Notes under the pieces: model-generated | Database searches by the model: none | Seen by the model: the letters and a program-made list of their open reading frames with translations, nothing else | Told to the model about the DNA's origin: nothing | Shown: positions 1-9,715 of the stretch, one piece after another | Position numbering within the stretch: position 1 is the first letter of the stretch | Layout of the letters: every line of letters starts with the position of its first letter | Virus record (IMG/VR): IMGVR_UViG_2875459517_000006 | Coordinates: 1 to 64,000 of that record | From: an uncultured virus (IMG/VR IMGVR_UViG_2875459517_000006) | Taxonomy: Duplodnaviria; Heunggongvirae; Uroviricota; Caudoviricetes | DNA length: 64,000 nt | Reading direction: 5' to 3' (one strand) | Position numbers and translations under genes: made by a program

Positions 1-336
1 ATGACTAGCGATAACAAACTGTGGGCTTCGAGTTTTATCTTGCCGGAATTACGCGAAGGCTTTCAGAGACTGGCCGAGGCGAAGCTTAAAGTAGAGAAGC
101 CGCAACTGGACGCGCAGCAGATCGAGGATATGGAAGTGACGGTCGCGCAATCGATGGAAGTAGGCGTAGATTTGTCGTTTGAGCTTTACGACGACGGATA
201 CATACGCGAAGTAATCGGTGCAGTTCATTACGTGGATCATATACGGAAGGAATTTCGCGTGAAGGACGCACGAGGCGATACTAATTTCGTGAGGTTTTCG
301 GATATCATAAACGTAAAAAATGCCCCATCCGGTTAA
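1..336 (+). CDS. YolD-like protein
   Basis: N-terminal KW..F.LPE followed by 'EKPQLD..QIE' and a C-terminal 'G.V..VD...K...V.F.DII.V' pattern typical of the YolD family. Confidence 0.75.
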   Translation: MTSDNKLWASSFILPELREGFQRLAEAKLKVEKPQLDAQQIEDMEVTVAQSMEVGVDLSFELYDDGYIREVIGAVHYVDHIRKEFRVKDARGDTNFVRFSDIINVKNAPSG

Positions 337-345
337 GGACGGGGC
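322..345. terminator. Probable bidirectional terminator between convergent genes
   Basis: GCCCCATCC..GGACGGGGC hairpin with an A-run on the left, at the convergence point. Confidence 0.5.
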
Positions 346-351
346 TTATCG

Positions 352-912
352 TTATTGTTTTAGTGTGTAATTTCGCGTGAAGGTAGCTGAGTTTACGGCG
401 TCATCTCCAAGCGTTTTGTAGATATTCCAAGATAGGTTTATGCTTGTCACTTCGTTCGGAGTTGTATTGGACATAGGCCAAGCGTAGAAGAAATCGAGAC
501 GATCGCCCTTCTTCTTTAATTTATTCGTGCCGTCATCAACTACTTTTATCACTTCTTCCGGACCTAATTCCTCTCCGGTGTTAAGCTTGATTGTTTCCGC
601 TGCCGGATACGCTTCAAAGGAAGAATGCCCGATGTTTTCTATCGATCCTTTTATCGCAATGTGGGCGCTTGATGGCGATATCAAAATCCGATCGATTTTA
701 ATATCTAGCCCATCGTAATTTGCCTTATCATTCATTTCTGCTGAATAAGCCCAAATAGCACTATCTTCACCTAGATTTTCATTTGTGCTCACTTCCTCAG
801 CTTTTGCCGTACTGTCTTTGTTATGAGGCTGCGAATCAGATGAACACCCACCGATTAAAAACGCAGCTATTAACGCAGAAAAAAGTAGCCCAACCCGCTT
901 CAATACGATCAC
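352..912 (-). CDS. Lipoprotein, probably a lysogeny-expressed accessory gene
   Basis: Basic N-terminus, hydrophobic stretch, lipobox LIGG-C, then a low-complexity linker and a beta-rich domain. Confidence 0.75.
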   Translation of the reverse strand: MIVLKRVGLLFSALIAAFLIGGCSSDSQPHNKDSTAKAEEVSTNENLGEDSAIWAYSAEMNDKANYDGLDIKIDRILISPSSAHIAIKGSIENIGHSSFEAYPAAETIKLNTGEELGPEEVIKVVDDGTNKLKKKGDRLDFFYAWPMSNTTPNEVTSINLSWNIYKTLGDDAVNSATFTRNYTLKQ

Positions 913-1004
913 GACCTTTTTCTTCTAATGATAACTTATTTTTCAGTTATGTAAACGGACACCCACGTATTCATACGCAAGCGCCCGCAAAAAGTTCCGT
1001 TATT

Positions 1005-1262
1005 TTATTTCGTAGTTCCCTCGCGTTTTGTTCCGATTTCGAAAAGACCTGTCGCTGCCAGACCCGCAAAGCCGCCGGCCCACAAACGCAGCACCAAGTC
1101 GAGGTCAGTAAACGGATAGGCAATCGCGCCCAATCCGATACCGATGACGAAACTGAGAGCCGGTACAATATTCGTCGGCAGCTTAACCGTTTTCTTAACG
1201 AGCTGAACGAGCGCCGTTAGGATGGGCGCGAGGATAGTCGCGAAAATTAATACTTCTTCCAT
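1005..1262 (-). CDS. Holin
   Basis: 85 aa, three hydrophobic segments, charged C-terminus, directly after the endolysin. Confidence 0.85.
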   Translation of the reverse strand: MEEVLIFATILAPILTALVQLVKKTVKLPTNIVPALSFVIGIGLGAIAYPFTDLDLVLRLWAGGFAGLAATGLFEIGTKREGTTK

Positions 1263-1283
1263 AATTATCGTCTCCCTTTTCGT

Positions 1284-2195
1284 TTATTTTACTGTTGCGC
1301 CTGTTGTTTTTCCGGCATAGATGTTTACCTTTCCGAACTGGTCCGTCTTGATCGTGTACACGTCCGTTTGCGGATTCGCAAGAATTTCGTATTTAAGGCC
1401 GCCGAATTTTTTCGGACGCAAATAGTTTAACTCGTTCCCTTTGACGGGTGCTTTGTTGGTCGGATAGATGCGCCATGAGGCGGCAGACGCCGGAAGGTAA
1501 ACGTATTTCTTACCGCTGGATGACGGTTTAGAAGAGCCGGCCGCCCCCGTCAGTTTTAACACTTGGCCGACCGTAATCTTATTCGCGTTCTTAATGCCAT
1601 TGTATGCTTGTAACTTCGCCATACTGACGCCAGTTTTCACCGCAATTTCGGACAAAGTGTCGCCTTTCTTAACGGTGTATGTCGATCCGGACGTCTTGGT
1701 TTCTGTCTTCGCTGGTGAAGATGGCGCGCCGCTTATACCGGCCTTAAAAGAGTCCCACCGATCAAGCAATTTGCGCGGACAATACTTACCCGACCAGTGT
1801 TGATGTGGAACGACATTTGCAAGGGAAATGCCCTGCTCCTTCATGAGCTTTTTGATCAGCCATTGAGCATTCGCCACGGCTTTCTCAAAATCCCCATCGC
1901 TATTCTCACAAATTTCAATGCCGATAGATTTCCGGTTGCCGGTTCCGCTGTTTCCGTCTCCCGCGTGCCAGCCGTTCTCATTCAATGGCAGGTGTTGGTA
2001 AATCTCTTTTTCGTCTACTGTAAAGTGCCAGCTGGTAGGTGTCTCCGGATTTTTCTCATATCGGGCGTGCATGGCTGCGCTTGCCCCTTTTGCCGTGTTC
2101 GCCGTGTTGTGAACGGTGATGTACGCTGGGTTCATTGCGTATCCCGGTCTGTTATTGTGTCCTACTGGAATAAAGTCCTTTGTGATTTTCACCAT
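1284..2195 (-). CDS. Endolysin: N-acetylmuramoyl-L-alanine amidase (XlyA-like) with LysM
   Basis: Amidase_2 motifs (ITVHNT, SWHFTVD, WHAGDG, HQHWSGKYCP) plus LysM (YTVKKGDTLSEIA). Confidence 0.93.
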   Translation of the reverse strand: MVKITKDFIPVGHNNRPGYAMNPAYITVHNTANTAKGASAAMHARYEKNPETPTSWHFTVDEKEIYQHLPLNENGWHAGDGNSGTGNRKSIGIEICENSDGDFEKAVANAQWLIKKLMKEQGISLANVVPHQHWSGKYCPRKLLDRWDSFKAGISGAPSSPAKTETKTSGSTYTVKKGDTLSEIAVKTGVSMAKLQAYNGIKNANKITVGQVLKLTGAAGSSKPSSSGKKYVYLPASAASWRIYPTNKAPVKGNELNYLRPKKFGGLKYEILANPQTDVYTIKTDQFGKVNIYAGKTTGATVK

Positions 2196-2271
2196 GTCTC
2201 ATCGTCTCCTTTTTCATAATTTAAAAAGCCCGCCGGGACTCTCACCTGACGGGCGTGTTACGTTTAATCGG

Positions 2272-2481
2272 TTATTCTCTTCCGCGGAATTTCTCTTCGA
2301 GTCTATCGATCTTGTCGATGATGACGTCGTACTTATCGCTAAACTTATCGAGTAGATCTTGTAGCCGCGATTCACGCTCACGGTTCGATTTCATTACGTA
2401 AATCAGCAGCCACGTAAAAAGGACCGCGAACGGCCCCTGCGTTAAAAAATATTTGAGTACGTCTAATTCGCCGCCGTTCAA
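2272..2481 (-). CDS. BhlA/UviB-family holin-like protein
   Basis: 'LTQGPFAVLFTWLLIYVMK..RERE.RLQ' signature, in the lysis cassette. Confidence 0.85.
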   Translation of the reverse strand: MNGGELDVLKYFLTQGPFAVLFTWLLIYVMKSNRERESRLQDLLDKFSDKYDVIIDKIDRLEEKFRGRE

Positions 2482-2504
2482 TAACTACGCCTCCTTTTCG
2501 TTAT

Positions 2505-2690
2505 TTACTGAGTTACGATAGAACCGTCAGTCTTCTCAGAAGGCTCATCCCCGGGAGTCGGATAGACCTCTCCGGTAATTTCCTTGTATTGTTCCGACGT
2601 AATCTTTCCATACCGAACAGCATCTGCAACCATTTCTTTCGTCCAAAACCCTCGCTCATACCAACCTTTGATACTGTTATACCAATCCAT
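2505..2690 (-). CDS. XkdX-family protein
   Basis: 'WY..IK.WY..G.W....V..AV..G.IT.EQYKEITG..Y' signature. Confidence 0.85.
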   Translation of the reverse strand: MDWYNSIKGWYERGFWTKEMVADAVRYGKITSEQYKEITGEVYPTPGDEPSEKTDGSIVTQ

Positions 2691-2846
2691 TCAAGCACCT
2701 CCCGTTGTTGTAGTCATCATTTCGTAAGCTAACTGTGCGTTCTCTTTTTTGAGTTCTTCATATTTTGCCTGCATAAGCAATAACTCGTAAGCGAGCCCCG
2801 AATCCTGAACCAGAAGATCTTCCAGAAAAATAGTGGTGTCTTCCAC
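2691..2846 (-). CDS. Small coiled-coil protein (51 aa), possible tail-fibre chaperone; not in ORF track
   Basis: GTG start with AGGAGG RBS; MEDTTIFLEDLLVQDSGLAYELLLMQAKYEELKKENAQLAYEMMTTTTGGA; stop abuts the xkdX-like start. Confidence 0.6.
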   Translation of the reverse strand: MEDTTIFLEDLLVQDSGLAYELLLMQAKYEELKKENAQLAYEMMTTTTGGA

Positions 2847-2859
2847 GTGTCGCCCTCCT

Positions 2860-4281
2860 TTAAGCTAATGGAATCGTTATATTTACAGAGATTTTACTAA
2901 TTCCTGTCTCACTATTTACGGTTCCGCCAGCCAGATACAAGTCGCCGTTGACTCGGTAATCCATTCGCAAGTATCCGTATGTTCCGACAGTTGCAACAAG
3001 GAATTCGATCGGATTTTTTATCTTCGGCAATCCTGATGCGATGATCGTATTAAACGTAGACTTAAATCCTCCATTAAGCTGAATTTCATCTCCTCCATTT
3101 TTAGTTCGGAACCGCAACGGGGATGCAGCGTCAGTGATTGCACCGTTTATTAAAGGAATGACCGTCCACACACCCGTGAGCTGCCCCACTTTTGTGTCTG
3201 CATAGGCTTTAGCGTCTGTCAGTGCTTTATCTGCCTTTGATTGCGCTCCTTCTACCGATTCGAGTTCGCGCCAAGACGTCCATGAATCTGAACTCGCGAC
3301 CTTATTACGCATAAATTTCCGCCGGCCGGACGACGTCGAATCATTGCTACTATAGGACGTGTATTCCTGATACGCGTATGTGCTGTAGTTATGAACGAGA
3401 AGATATCCGTTGTTATTTACCGGTGCATTCAATGTCGTCGTTGCGCCGCTCATATAATAGAAGCCGGTATCTGTCACCGTATTAAAATCGGTGTCCGTCA
3501 TGTACTTTGCCGCGCCGGTATCCTGCGTCAATTTAAACAACTGCGATCCGTTCCACTTGTCCTTCTCAACTTTTGATGTGTGGCGTTCTCCGTTGTTGTC
3601 GTGTTGGCGAAACGCATAATAGTCGGCCTGTCTAACATTTTCAACGTTACTAAGCCCGATCTGATCTTTCGTTACTGAGTGTGGGTTGTCCGTCCTTTTC
3701 GTATGAGTGTCCGTATACGATTTCGCATTCTTTTCCGCAGCATCCGCTTTTGCTTGCGCCCCTTCTTTCGTTTCAATATTTTCAAGGTCTTCGAATTTCT
3801 TGCGCAGCTCTTCGACTGTTTCGACCACTTCGCCGTATAAGTCGTTGATTTGTTGGCGCAACGCTTCGAAGTCATCCACGTAGTATTCCGCCAACGGTAC
3901 GATATCCGTATCAATCAGCGCCTTGTCGATGGTAAACGAAAACTTATGGATGGAAAGCGCCTGCTTATTCGCGTAATACAGGTAAAGTTCCGCCTGCACA
4001 TCGCCACTGTGTCGGATCTCTTCGGCAGACAGAACGTACTGCGCAACCCCTTCGACTTTATCCGTAATATCTACACTTCTTATGAACCGGCTGCCGTCCG
4101 CCATAAACATGACGAGCTTTCCGGTAACGGCAGACAACGGCAATGGGACGCCATCCTTTGTTAACGAGAAGATTAAACGCGCCGTATCGATGTCTTGCGT
4201 GCTGAACTGTATTGCGGTTTTTATGTTCGTTTTCGTCCTGCTCGTCACCTCGAACGCAAGTGGTGCGTTATTGTGTATCAC
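2860..4281 (-). CDS. BppU-type baseplate upper protein / tail fibre
   Basis: BppU-like N-terminus, 'ET..GAQ.KAD.A' repeats, NPH motif, knob-like domain ending 'W..W'. Confidence 0.8.
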   Translation of the reverse strand: MIHNNAPLAFEVTSRTKTNIKTAIQFSTQDIDTARLIFSLTKDGVPLPLSAVTGKLVMFMADGSRFIRSVDITDKVEGVAQYVLSAEEIRHSGDVQAELYLYYANKQALSIHKFSFTIDKALIDTDIVPLAEYYVDDFEALRQQINDLYGEVVETVEELRKKFEDLENIETKEGAQAKADAAEKNAKSYTDTHTKRTDNPHSVTKDQIGLSNVENVRQADYYAFRQHDNNGERHTSKVEKDKWNGSQLFKLTQDTGAAKYMTDTDFNTVTDTGFYYMSGATTTLNAPVNNNGYLLVHNYSTYAYQEYTSYSSNDSTSSGRRKFMRNKVASSDSWTSWRELESVEGAQSKADKALTDAKAYADTKVGQLTGVWTVIPLINGAITDAASPLRFRTKNGGDEIQLNGGFKSTFNTIIASGLPKIKNPIEFLVATVGTYGYLRMDYRVNGDLYLAGGTVNSETGISKISVNITIPLA

Positions 4282-4293
4282 TGCAAAACCTCC

Positions 4294-6858
4294 TTAGTGC
4301 TGTGGCGTAACGATCATTTGCGCTACACCGTAGCCTTTTTCCGCATCATACGGAGATTTGATTTTCATAACGGTCCCATAGCCGCCGCTTTCTGCTTTAG
4401 TCGCGATGCCGCCAATTGCTGATACGCTATCCCCTACGTTCACTGTTTCGTCAATCCTGACAAAGACTTGGCCGATCAGACCGATGACATGCCATTCGTC
4501 CCGAGAGTCACGCGGCACATATTCAAGAGTCGGATCATAGTCGGGGTTTAATTTTGGAACGCTTAACTCTTCGCCGCCATCGATAACCGTTTCGTAAACC
4601 AAGCCGCCGAATTCGTTTCTCTCGTACTGCTCGTTCCAATAGAACGCAGCACCGCCGAGCACCACGCCCGCAGTTTCCGAAACCACTCCGAGAATCTTAT
4701 CTCCCTCGCCTGCTTTTCGTATCTTTTCGCCTTCTAGCGCGACGAGACAGCTTGAATCAATCTTCTTACCGTCAGCAGATTCGAAATACTCCGCGAAGTC
4801 TTTGAAATCTGAGACGCTCTCCACTCGCCCTGTGCCGCGAATATGGCCGCCAGTCGAATCGAGTTCCCATCTCGTATTTCCGACCGAGGCGCTTCCGCTT
4901 CCGTAGCCCCCTCTGACGCTGTATCCGTTATCGTTGATAACCCCGTTGGCAGCGAGTACGACCCTCGACGGCCCGTCACCTTTTGTATGTGAATTGTTTG
5001 ACGCTATAACCGCTTGACGAGAAGCTGTTGTGGATGAGCCACCGCTGGCGCCTAAAACGACGTTTCTAGGTCCTTTCGTTGTACATCCGCCTGTGGTCGC
5101 AATGACTGCGCTTGTTTTGTCTACCGGATGTCCTGATGTCGAAGCTGCCCGAAACCCGCCTTTAATGTTATTGGGAACGAATGAATACTTTTGCCCTCCG
5201 AGAATTGCCGCATCCTTATAACCATACGACCGGACCATTGAAATATTTGTTTGTGTATTCGGAGACGTAACACCAGCCGTACCTCCCGACGTGTGCAGAA
5301 TTCCGTTATCCAGATTGACGTTGTACACACCGCCTCCGATCTCGATGCCATTATGAGCCGAATCGTGAATAACGAAGTCCGAGATGAAGACGTCATCCGT
5401 CCGTTGATCGCCGCCAGTCACCTTAACATCGCACCCTGCATTTTTAAAGCCCGACACTTGGAGGTTCGTGACGCTTATTTTCCGACTTTTATACTGAAAC
5501 GCGATTACTGAGTTACCTCTGTAGTCGTATGTTGGGTCGCCTATAGCCGTAAACCCGATTATCTTAACGCGTTGGTAAGCCGATACGACTAGCGCCCTCG
5601 GGCCTATTCCTTCGTATAGAGAATTAAATACGGGTTCTCTGGCTGTACAATCGACCAACGTCACGTCCCTTGCCGTCTCGCTCCACGGATCTGATACGAG
5701 GTGGTGCCCGATGTGACGCAAATCAAATGATCGAACATCACGAAAAGATTCGTGACCACGGATATGGACGTTACATGGAGCCGGCCACTTAGCGTGTGCT
5801 TTGACTTCTACGCCCCGAACATTTCCCTCTGTATAATTATCTACAACCCATACATGCTTGGAGCCGTCATCCACTTCAATTCCGTTTGAATTTGAGGCCC
5901 CTTTATCGTGGGCTTTTCCGCTTGGGTATGTCATTACGTTGTGAGTAATGAAAATATATTCGCTATAATGCGTGGTGATTCCGTCATCCCCATATCCAGA
6001 CCCGATGCAGCGATCAACCCATACGTATTTACTACCTTTTGCGGTGTAATCTTTCGTTGAAATATTGTAGGTAGGTGCCGTTATGTCAAAACAATGAAGA
6101 CCCGGATTAATCCCCTCTACTTCCCGGACGATACCGAATTTCACTTGCGCAAAAGTTAAGCAGCTTGAATGAATGCCCCCGGTTGAACTCACGCCGCCTT
6201 GCCGCTCCGGATTCCAGTCGAGGGACATTCCTTGGACTACGATGTTCCGGTTGCCGGACTCCGGGTCCGCGTTAATAATGACCCACTCACTGGCCGGCGT
6301 ATCCTCGTGCAGCTTCAGCGTAGTAACGCCCATACCTTGGCCGATCAAATACGTCCATGACGGCAGTTTGACGCCTTTAACGATATACGTCCCGGCCGAT
6401 AGATTTAGCCGCACCTTACCGTTCCCGATCGCCTTTTTAAACGCTTCTGTACTATCGTTAACACCAGTCGGATCGGCTCCGTAGTCATCAACGTTTACAT
6501 CGCGCTCAATTTTGCGTAAAAGCTTGTTATACTCTTTGTCGAGTCGCTCTTTCAATAAAGGCGCGATGTTTCCTTCCGCGTCTACACGAGCGTCAACGAC
6601 CTCTTTTACGTTTGTACCATCCGCGTTAAGGATCAGATTTCTGATACGGTTATACAGGCCGTCGATATATGTGCGCAAAGAAAAACCGCCATGGTCGATT
6701 TGCTCCGACGTGTGGGCGGTTTTCGCGTTCTTATGTGCGGCCAATTCCGTGTATGATCCTTTAATATCGTCCGCAATATCATCGAGGTTTTGGTTGTGGT
6801 CGTTACGAAAAACACGGTCCCACGCCGCCCCGGCCTTTCTGTACGGAAATTTCGGCAT
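4294..6858 (-). CDS. Tailspike / pre-neck-appendage-like protein (beta-helix plus C-terminal peptidase G2 autoproteolytic chaperone)
   Basis: 'VNVDDYGADPTG..DST.AF..A' pectate-lyase-like start; C-terminal 'DFAEYFE...WH.IGLIGQV' resembling phi29 gp12. Confidence 0.85.
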   Translation of the reverse strand: MPKFPYRKAGAAWDRVFRNDHNQNLDDIADDIKGSYTELAAHKNAKTAHTSEQIDHGGFSLRTYIDGLYNRIRNLILNADGTNVKEVVDARVDAEGNIAPLLKERLDKEYNKLLRKIERDVNVDDYGADPTGVNDSTEAFKKAIGNGKVRLNLSAGTYIVKGVKLPSWTYLIGQGMGVTTLKLHEDTPASEWVIINADPESGNRNIVVQGMSLDWNPERQGGVSSTGGIHSSCLTFAQVKFGIVREVEGINPGLHCFDITAPTYNISTKDYTAKGSKYVWVDRCIGSGYGDDGITTHYSEYIFITHNVMTYPSGKAHDKGASNSNGIEVDDGSKHVWVVDNYTEGNVRGVEVKAHAKWPAPCNVHIRGHESFRDVRSFDLRHIGHHLVSDPWSETARDVTLVDCTAREPVFNSLYEGIGPRALVVSAYQRVKIIGFTAIGDPTYDYRGNSVIAFQYKSRKISVTNLQVSGFKNAGCDVKVTGGDQRTDDVFISDFVIHDSAHNGIEIGGGVYNVNLDNGILHTSGGTAGVTSPNTQTNISMVRSYGYKDAAILGGQKYSFVPNNIKGGFRAASTSGHPVDKTSAVIATTGGCTTKGPRNVVLGASGGSSTTASRQAVIASNNSHTKGDGPSRVVLAANGVINDNGYSVRGGYGSGSASVGNTRWELDSTGGHIRGTGRVESVSDFKDFAEYFESADGKKIDSSCLVALEGEKIRKAGEGDKILGVVSETAGVVLGGAAFYWNEQYERNEFGGLVYETVIDGGEELSVPKLNPDYDPTLEYVPRDSRDEWHVIGLIGQVFVRIDETVNVGDSVSAIGGIATKAESGGYGTVMKIKSPYDAEKGYGVAQMIVTPQH

Positions 6859-6872
6859 TGTATTCCTCCTCG

Positions 6873-8273
6873 TTATTTATTCTCTAGCGCGGTCAGGCGC
6901 TTGTTTATAGATTCGAGCTGTTGCGAAAGTGTCGATATATCCACCGCAGCCGTACCGACCTTGATGCGCTTCAGCTTTGCGAAGTCGGCTGCGCTCATTA
7001 AGCCGTCAGTCGTTTCGGTAGCCAGCGAGACAGAAACTTGACCGTCGGGCCCTAATACGATACTCGCCAGCTTCACGTAGTCCGACGAACTCATAAGACC
7101 GTCAGTGGTTGCGTTTGCCCGGCCGTACGTAGGAATCGTCAGCTTTGTCGGATCGTATCCGTCTTCGTAAATCGCGTCTTTTCCGATGGTTATGTTTCCG
7201 CTTATGGCGCTGCCTTTCACTTTCCCAGTTGACGTATCGATAAGCTTGGAGAGCGTACTCTGCGTACGACCTAGTTTTGCGACAGTTTTACTGATGTTCG
7301 GCCGCAATTTTCCGAAAGTAAAAACAGACGGTTTATTCGGATCAGAATAAGACTCGACACTGACAACGCGTAGCTTGGTGCGAAGATCAAATGGTTCTAA
7401 TATGCACCACACGTAATCGCCTTTTCGGATGTCCTGCATTTTCAAAGCTTCGACTTCTACATATGTCAAACTGATAGATATTTCAATCTTATCGGTCAGT
7501 TCTTTCTCTAGCCGCTGCTCAAGTTTCCCCTCGTCCTTTGCCGTGTAAGAGTCGTCGAATATTGGATTTGCGTGTTTAATTCCGTAGATTGCAGCCAAAG
7601 GGCTTTTGTATTCAGCTTCGACCGCATATTTCCCTGTCTTGTCGTCTTTCTTTCCGAAGCCCTTGATAAACGTTTTTATAGAAGAGGTGTCGATTTCCTG
7701 TGTCGGATCTTTTACATTTACTCGATCGCGAATAACATAGTCTGTATCTCTCGCTATCTCCTTCGCGAAGTACACTTTCTTTCCAATACATTCATATTCC
7801 GCCGAGTATTTTTCTTTTATATCGTTTAACAGTCCGAGCGAGTATCCATTCCCAAAATCCTCTACTTCAAATGAATCACCAAGACCATCCGGTACAACTT
7901 CGTAAGAATACCCGGAGCCTTTTAATGCGATATCCAGCATATCTTCGAGGTAAAGTTTTTTCTTTTTCCCCGAAGTCTCGTACACGTAATTTTCTCCGAG
8001 ATCTGAAAATGATCGGTGCAGGGCCGTAATGTCGACCTTTAGTCTCTTGCTCCCGATCGGTACGTACCGTGTCTTTCTGATAACAAATTCCTCATCTTCA
8101 TAAAATAGAGAACCCTCATTTTGTATCAGTGGAAAGGAGTGCACGTTCCGTTCCGTCTGTATAACTGATACATCTAAAGATCTACCGTTATCGATTTCAT
8201 CTTTCTTTGTCACGCTGAAGTCCGTTAATGCTTCGACTTGATTAGCGAGATTTTTCACAAACAGACTCGACAT
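6873..8273 (-). CDS. Baseplate hub / Tal-like tail protein
   Basis: Follows Dit; prophage-tail-like 'DTSSIKT.IKGFG...YGI' motif; two 'A..TTDGLMS' repeats near the C-terminus. Confidence 0.75.
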   Translation of the reverse strand: MSSLFVKNLANQVEALTDFSVTKKDEIDNGRSLDVSVIQTERNVHSFPLIQNEGSLFYEDEEFVIRKTRYVPIGSKRLKVDITALHRSFSDLGENYVYETSGKKKKLYLEDMLDIALKGSGYSYEVVPDGLGDSFEVEDFGNGYSLGLLNDIKEKYSAEYECIGKKVYFAKEIARDTDYVIRDRVNVKDPTQEIDTSSIKTFIKGFGKKDDKTGKYAVEAEYKSPLAAIYGIKHANPIFDDSYTAKDEGKLEQRLEKELTDKIEISISLTYVEVEALKMQDIRKGDYVWCILEPFDLRTKLRVVSVESYSDPNKPSVFTFGKLRPNISKTVAKLGRTQSTLSKLIDTSTGKVKGSAISGNITIGKDAIYEDGYDPTKLTIPTYGRANATTDGLMSSSDYVKLASIVLGPDGQVSVSLATETTDGLMSAADFAKLKRIKVGTAAVDISTLSQQLESINKRLTALENK

Positions 8274-8284
8274 GGCACACCTCC

Positions 8285-9709
8285 CTACGCGTAATAGTGG
8301 AATCTGAAATCAAACGCAATCTCAAAATCCCCGTTCGACCCGCTTAATTCGAATTCATTCCATCCGGGCTCTAGCGTGATAAGCCCGAAATTTGTCTGAC
8401 CGAAGATGCTAACGTTCCCCTTTTTCGCAGTAACCCCGGAAATTTGAATCGCTTCCTTCGCGGTAGATTTGCCCGAAAACGTCCATAGATCGCCCGTCGT
8501 TCTATTTTTGATCGACAATTTATCAGACGCGCCCTTATACGTAATTTTCAAAGGCATGTATCTCGGATCTAGCCGGACGGCTCCCGCGTTGAAAATACGA
8601 AAAGTCTTCGTCTTGTGTTTGTACGAAGGGATATCGTCCGTCAGCCCTTCGCCTATCTGCCATTTGTTCACATCAAACGTAAACGCATCCAGTGTGGTGC
8701 CGACTGATTCGCAATAAGTCGCGGCGCTTTGGAAAGTCAGCGTAAAGTCTCCGAAGCTGCCGATTCTGTCAGGCGTGAATGATGCGCTCAGCTCGACTCG
8801 CCATCGCTTTTTCGGCGTCGCTTCCGAAACTAAAAAGAACTCCTCCTCGCGATGAAGCGCGTGAAAGAGTTCCGCTTGTAATAAATGAAAATCAACGTCA
8901 TCCGCTCCGAGCAAGAGACATTCGGCAGTCAACGTTCGGGCCCCGAAGTTTTTTCCTACTCGAACTAAGCCGTCTCTCCCCGGAATCGTTTCGTAATCGA
9001 TATCGGGAGTGGGCGAAGCAATCTTGAAACTCCGTACAAGGACCGATAAATCGCGAGCCATATCGATTATGCGTCCATCCTTGTAAAGTATCCGGAAGTT
9101 GCTATCCGTAATAGGGACACCGGATGGAGGCGTTGTATAAACGCTTGAAAAAACATCGATAGATACCTCAGGCTCCTCAACGACAACCGGAGCCGGGTTG
9201 TTTGTCTCCGGCGCAGAAGGAGTAGATGGATTCGACGGTGATGGGGCGGTGTCATACTTCGTCAGGTTGTACGTTTCAATAATTCTGTTAAGCTTTGACG
9301 CGTAAGATGGGTCCGTTGCATAACCGGCATCTACTAGCGCAGCAGTCGCTTTCTTGTAGTTTTTCTCACCTACGACCGCCTTATAGTGATTCGGGTCCCA
9401 ACTGACGCCGTTTACGTAAAGCTTCGCAAGGTCTTGCATCGACTCATACCACGTCGGGTACTTCCGGAACTTGGCGTCCACTTGAACGTTCCTTCCGTTT
9501 ATTACTTCCCACGTTTTCATGATGACGTATTTTCCGTTATATTCGCCCTTCACTCCGAAAAGATTCTTTCCGTTAACGGCAAGACCACTGGTACCGTAGG
9601 CGCTTTCTAAGCACCCTTGCGCGATTACAAGACTGGCGAGAATTTTATAATTCACGTATATTTTCTGCGCATCCGGGGCGATTTTCTTTATGAAGTCCGT
9701 ATTTCCCAT
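8285..9709 (-). CDS. GH73 glucosaminidase fused to distal tail protein (Dit)
   Basis: N-terminal 'IAQGCLES.YG.S.LA...NLFGVKG...YATDP.YA.KL'; Pro-rich linker; C-terminal siphovirus Dit-like region ('IPGRDG', 'L.PGWNEF'). Confidence 0.8.
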   Translation of the reverse strand: MGNTDFIKKIAPDAQKIYVNYKILASLVIAQGCLESAYGTSGLAVNGKNLFGVKGEYNGKYVIMKTWEVINGRNVQVDAKFRKYPTWYESMQDLAKLYVNGVSWDPNHYKAVVGEKNYKKATAALVDAGYATDPSYASKLNRIIETYNLTKYDTAPSPSNPSTPSAPETNNPAPVVVEEPEVSIDVFSSVYTTPPSGVPITDSNFRILYKDGRIIDMARDLSVLVRSFKIASPTPDIDYETIPGRDGLVRVGKNFGARTLTAECLLLGADDVDFHLLQAELFHALHREEEFFLVSEATPKKRWRVELSASFTPDRIGSFGDFTLTFQSAATYCESVGTTLDAFTFDVNKWQIGEGLTDDIPSYKHKTKTFRIFNAGAVRLDPRYMPLKITYKGASDKLSIKNRTTGDLWTFSGKSTAKEAIQISGVTAKKGNVSIFGQTNFGLITLEPGWNEFELSGSNGDFEIAFDFRFHYYA

Positions 9710-9715
9710 TCATAA

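Noticed and set aside
2860..6858. Diversity-generating retroelement or invertible tail-fibre cassette
   Set aside because: No reverse transcriptase, template/variable repeat pair or duplicated fibre ends seen.
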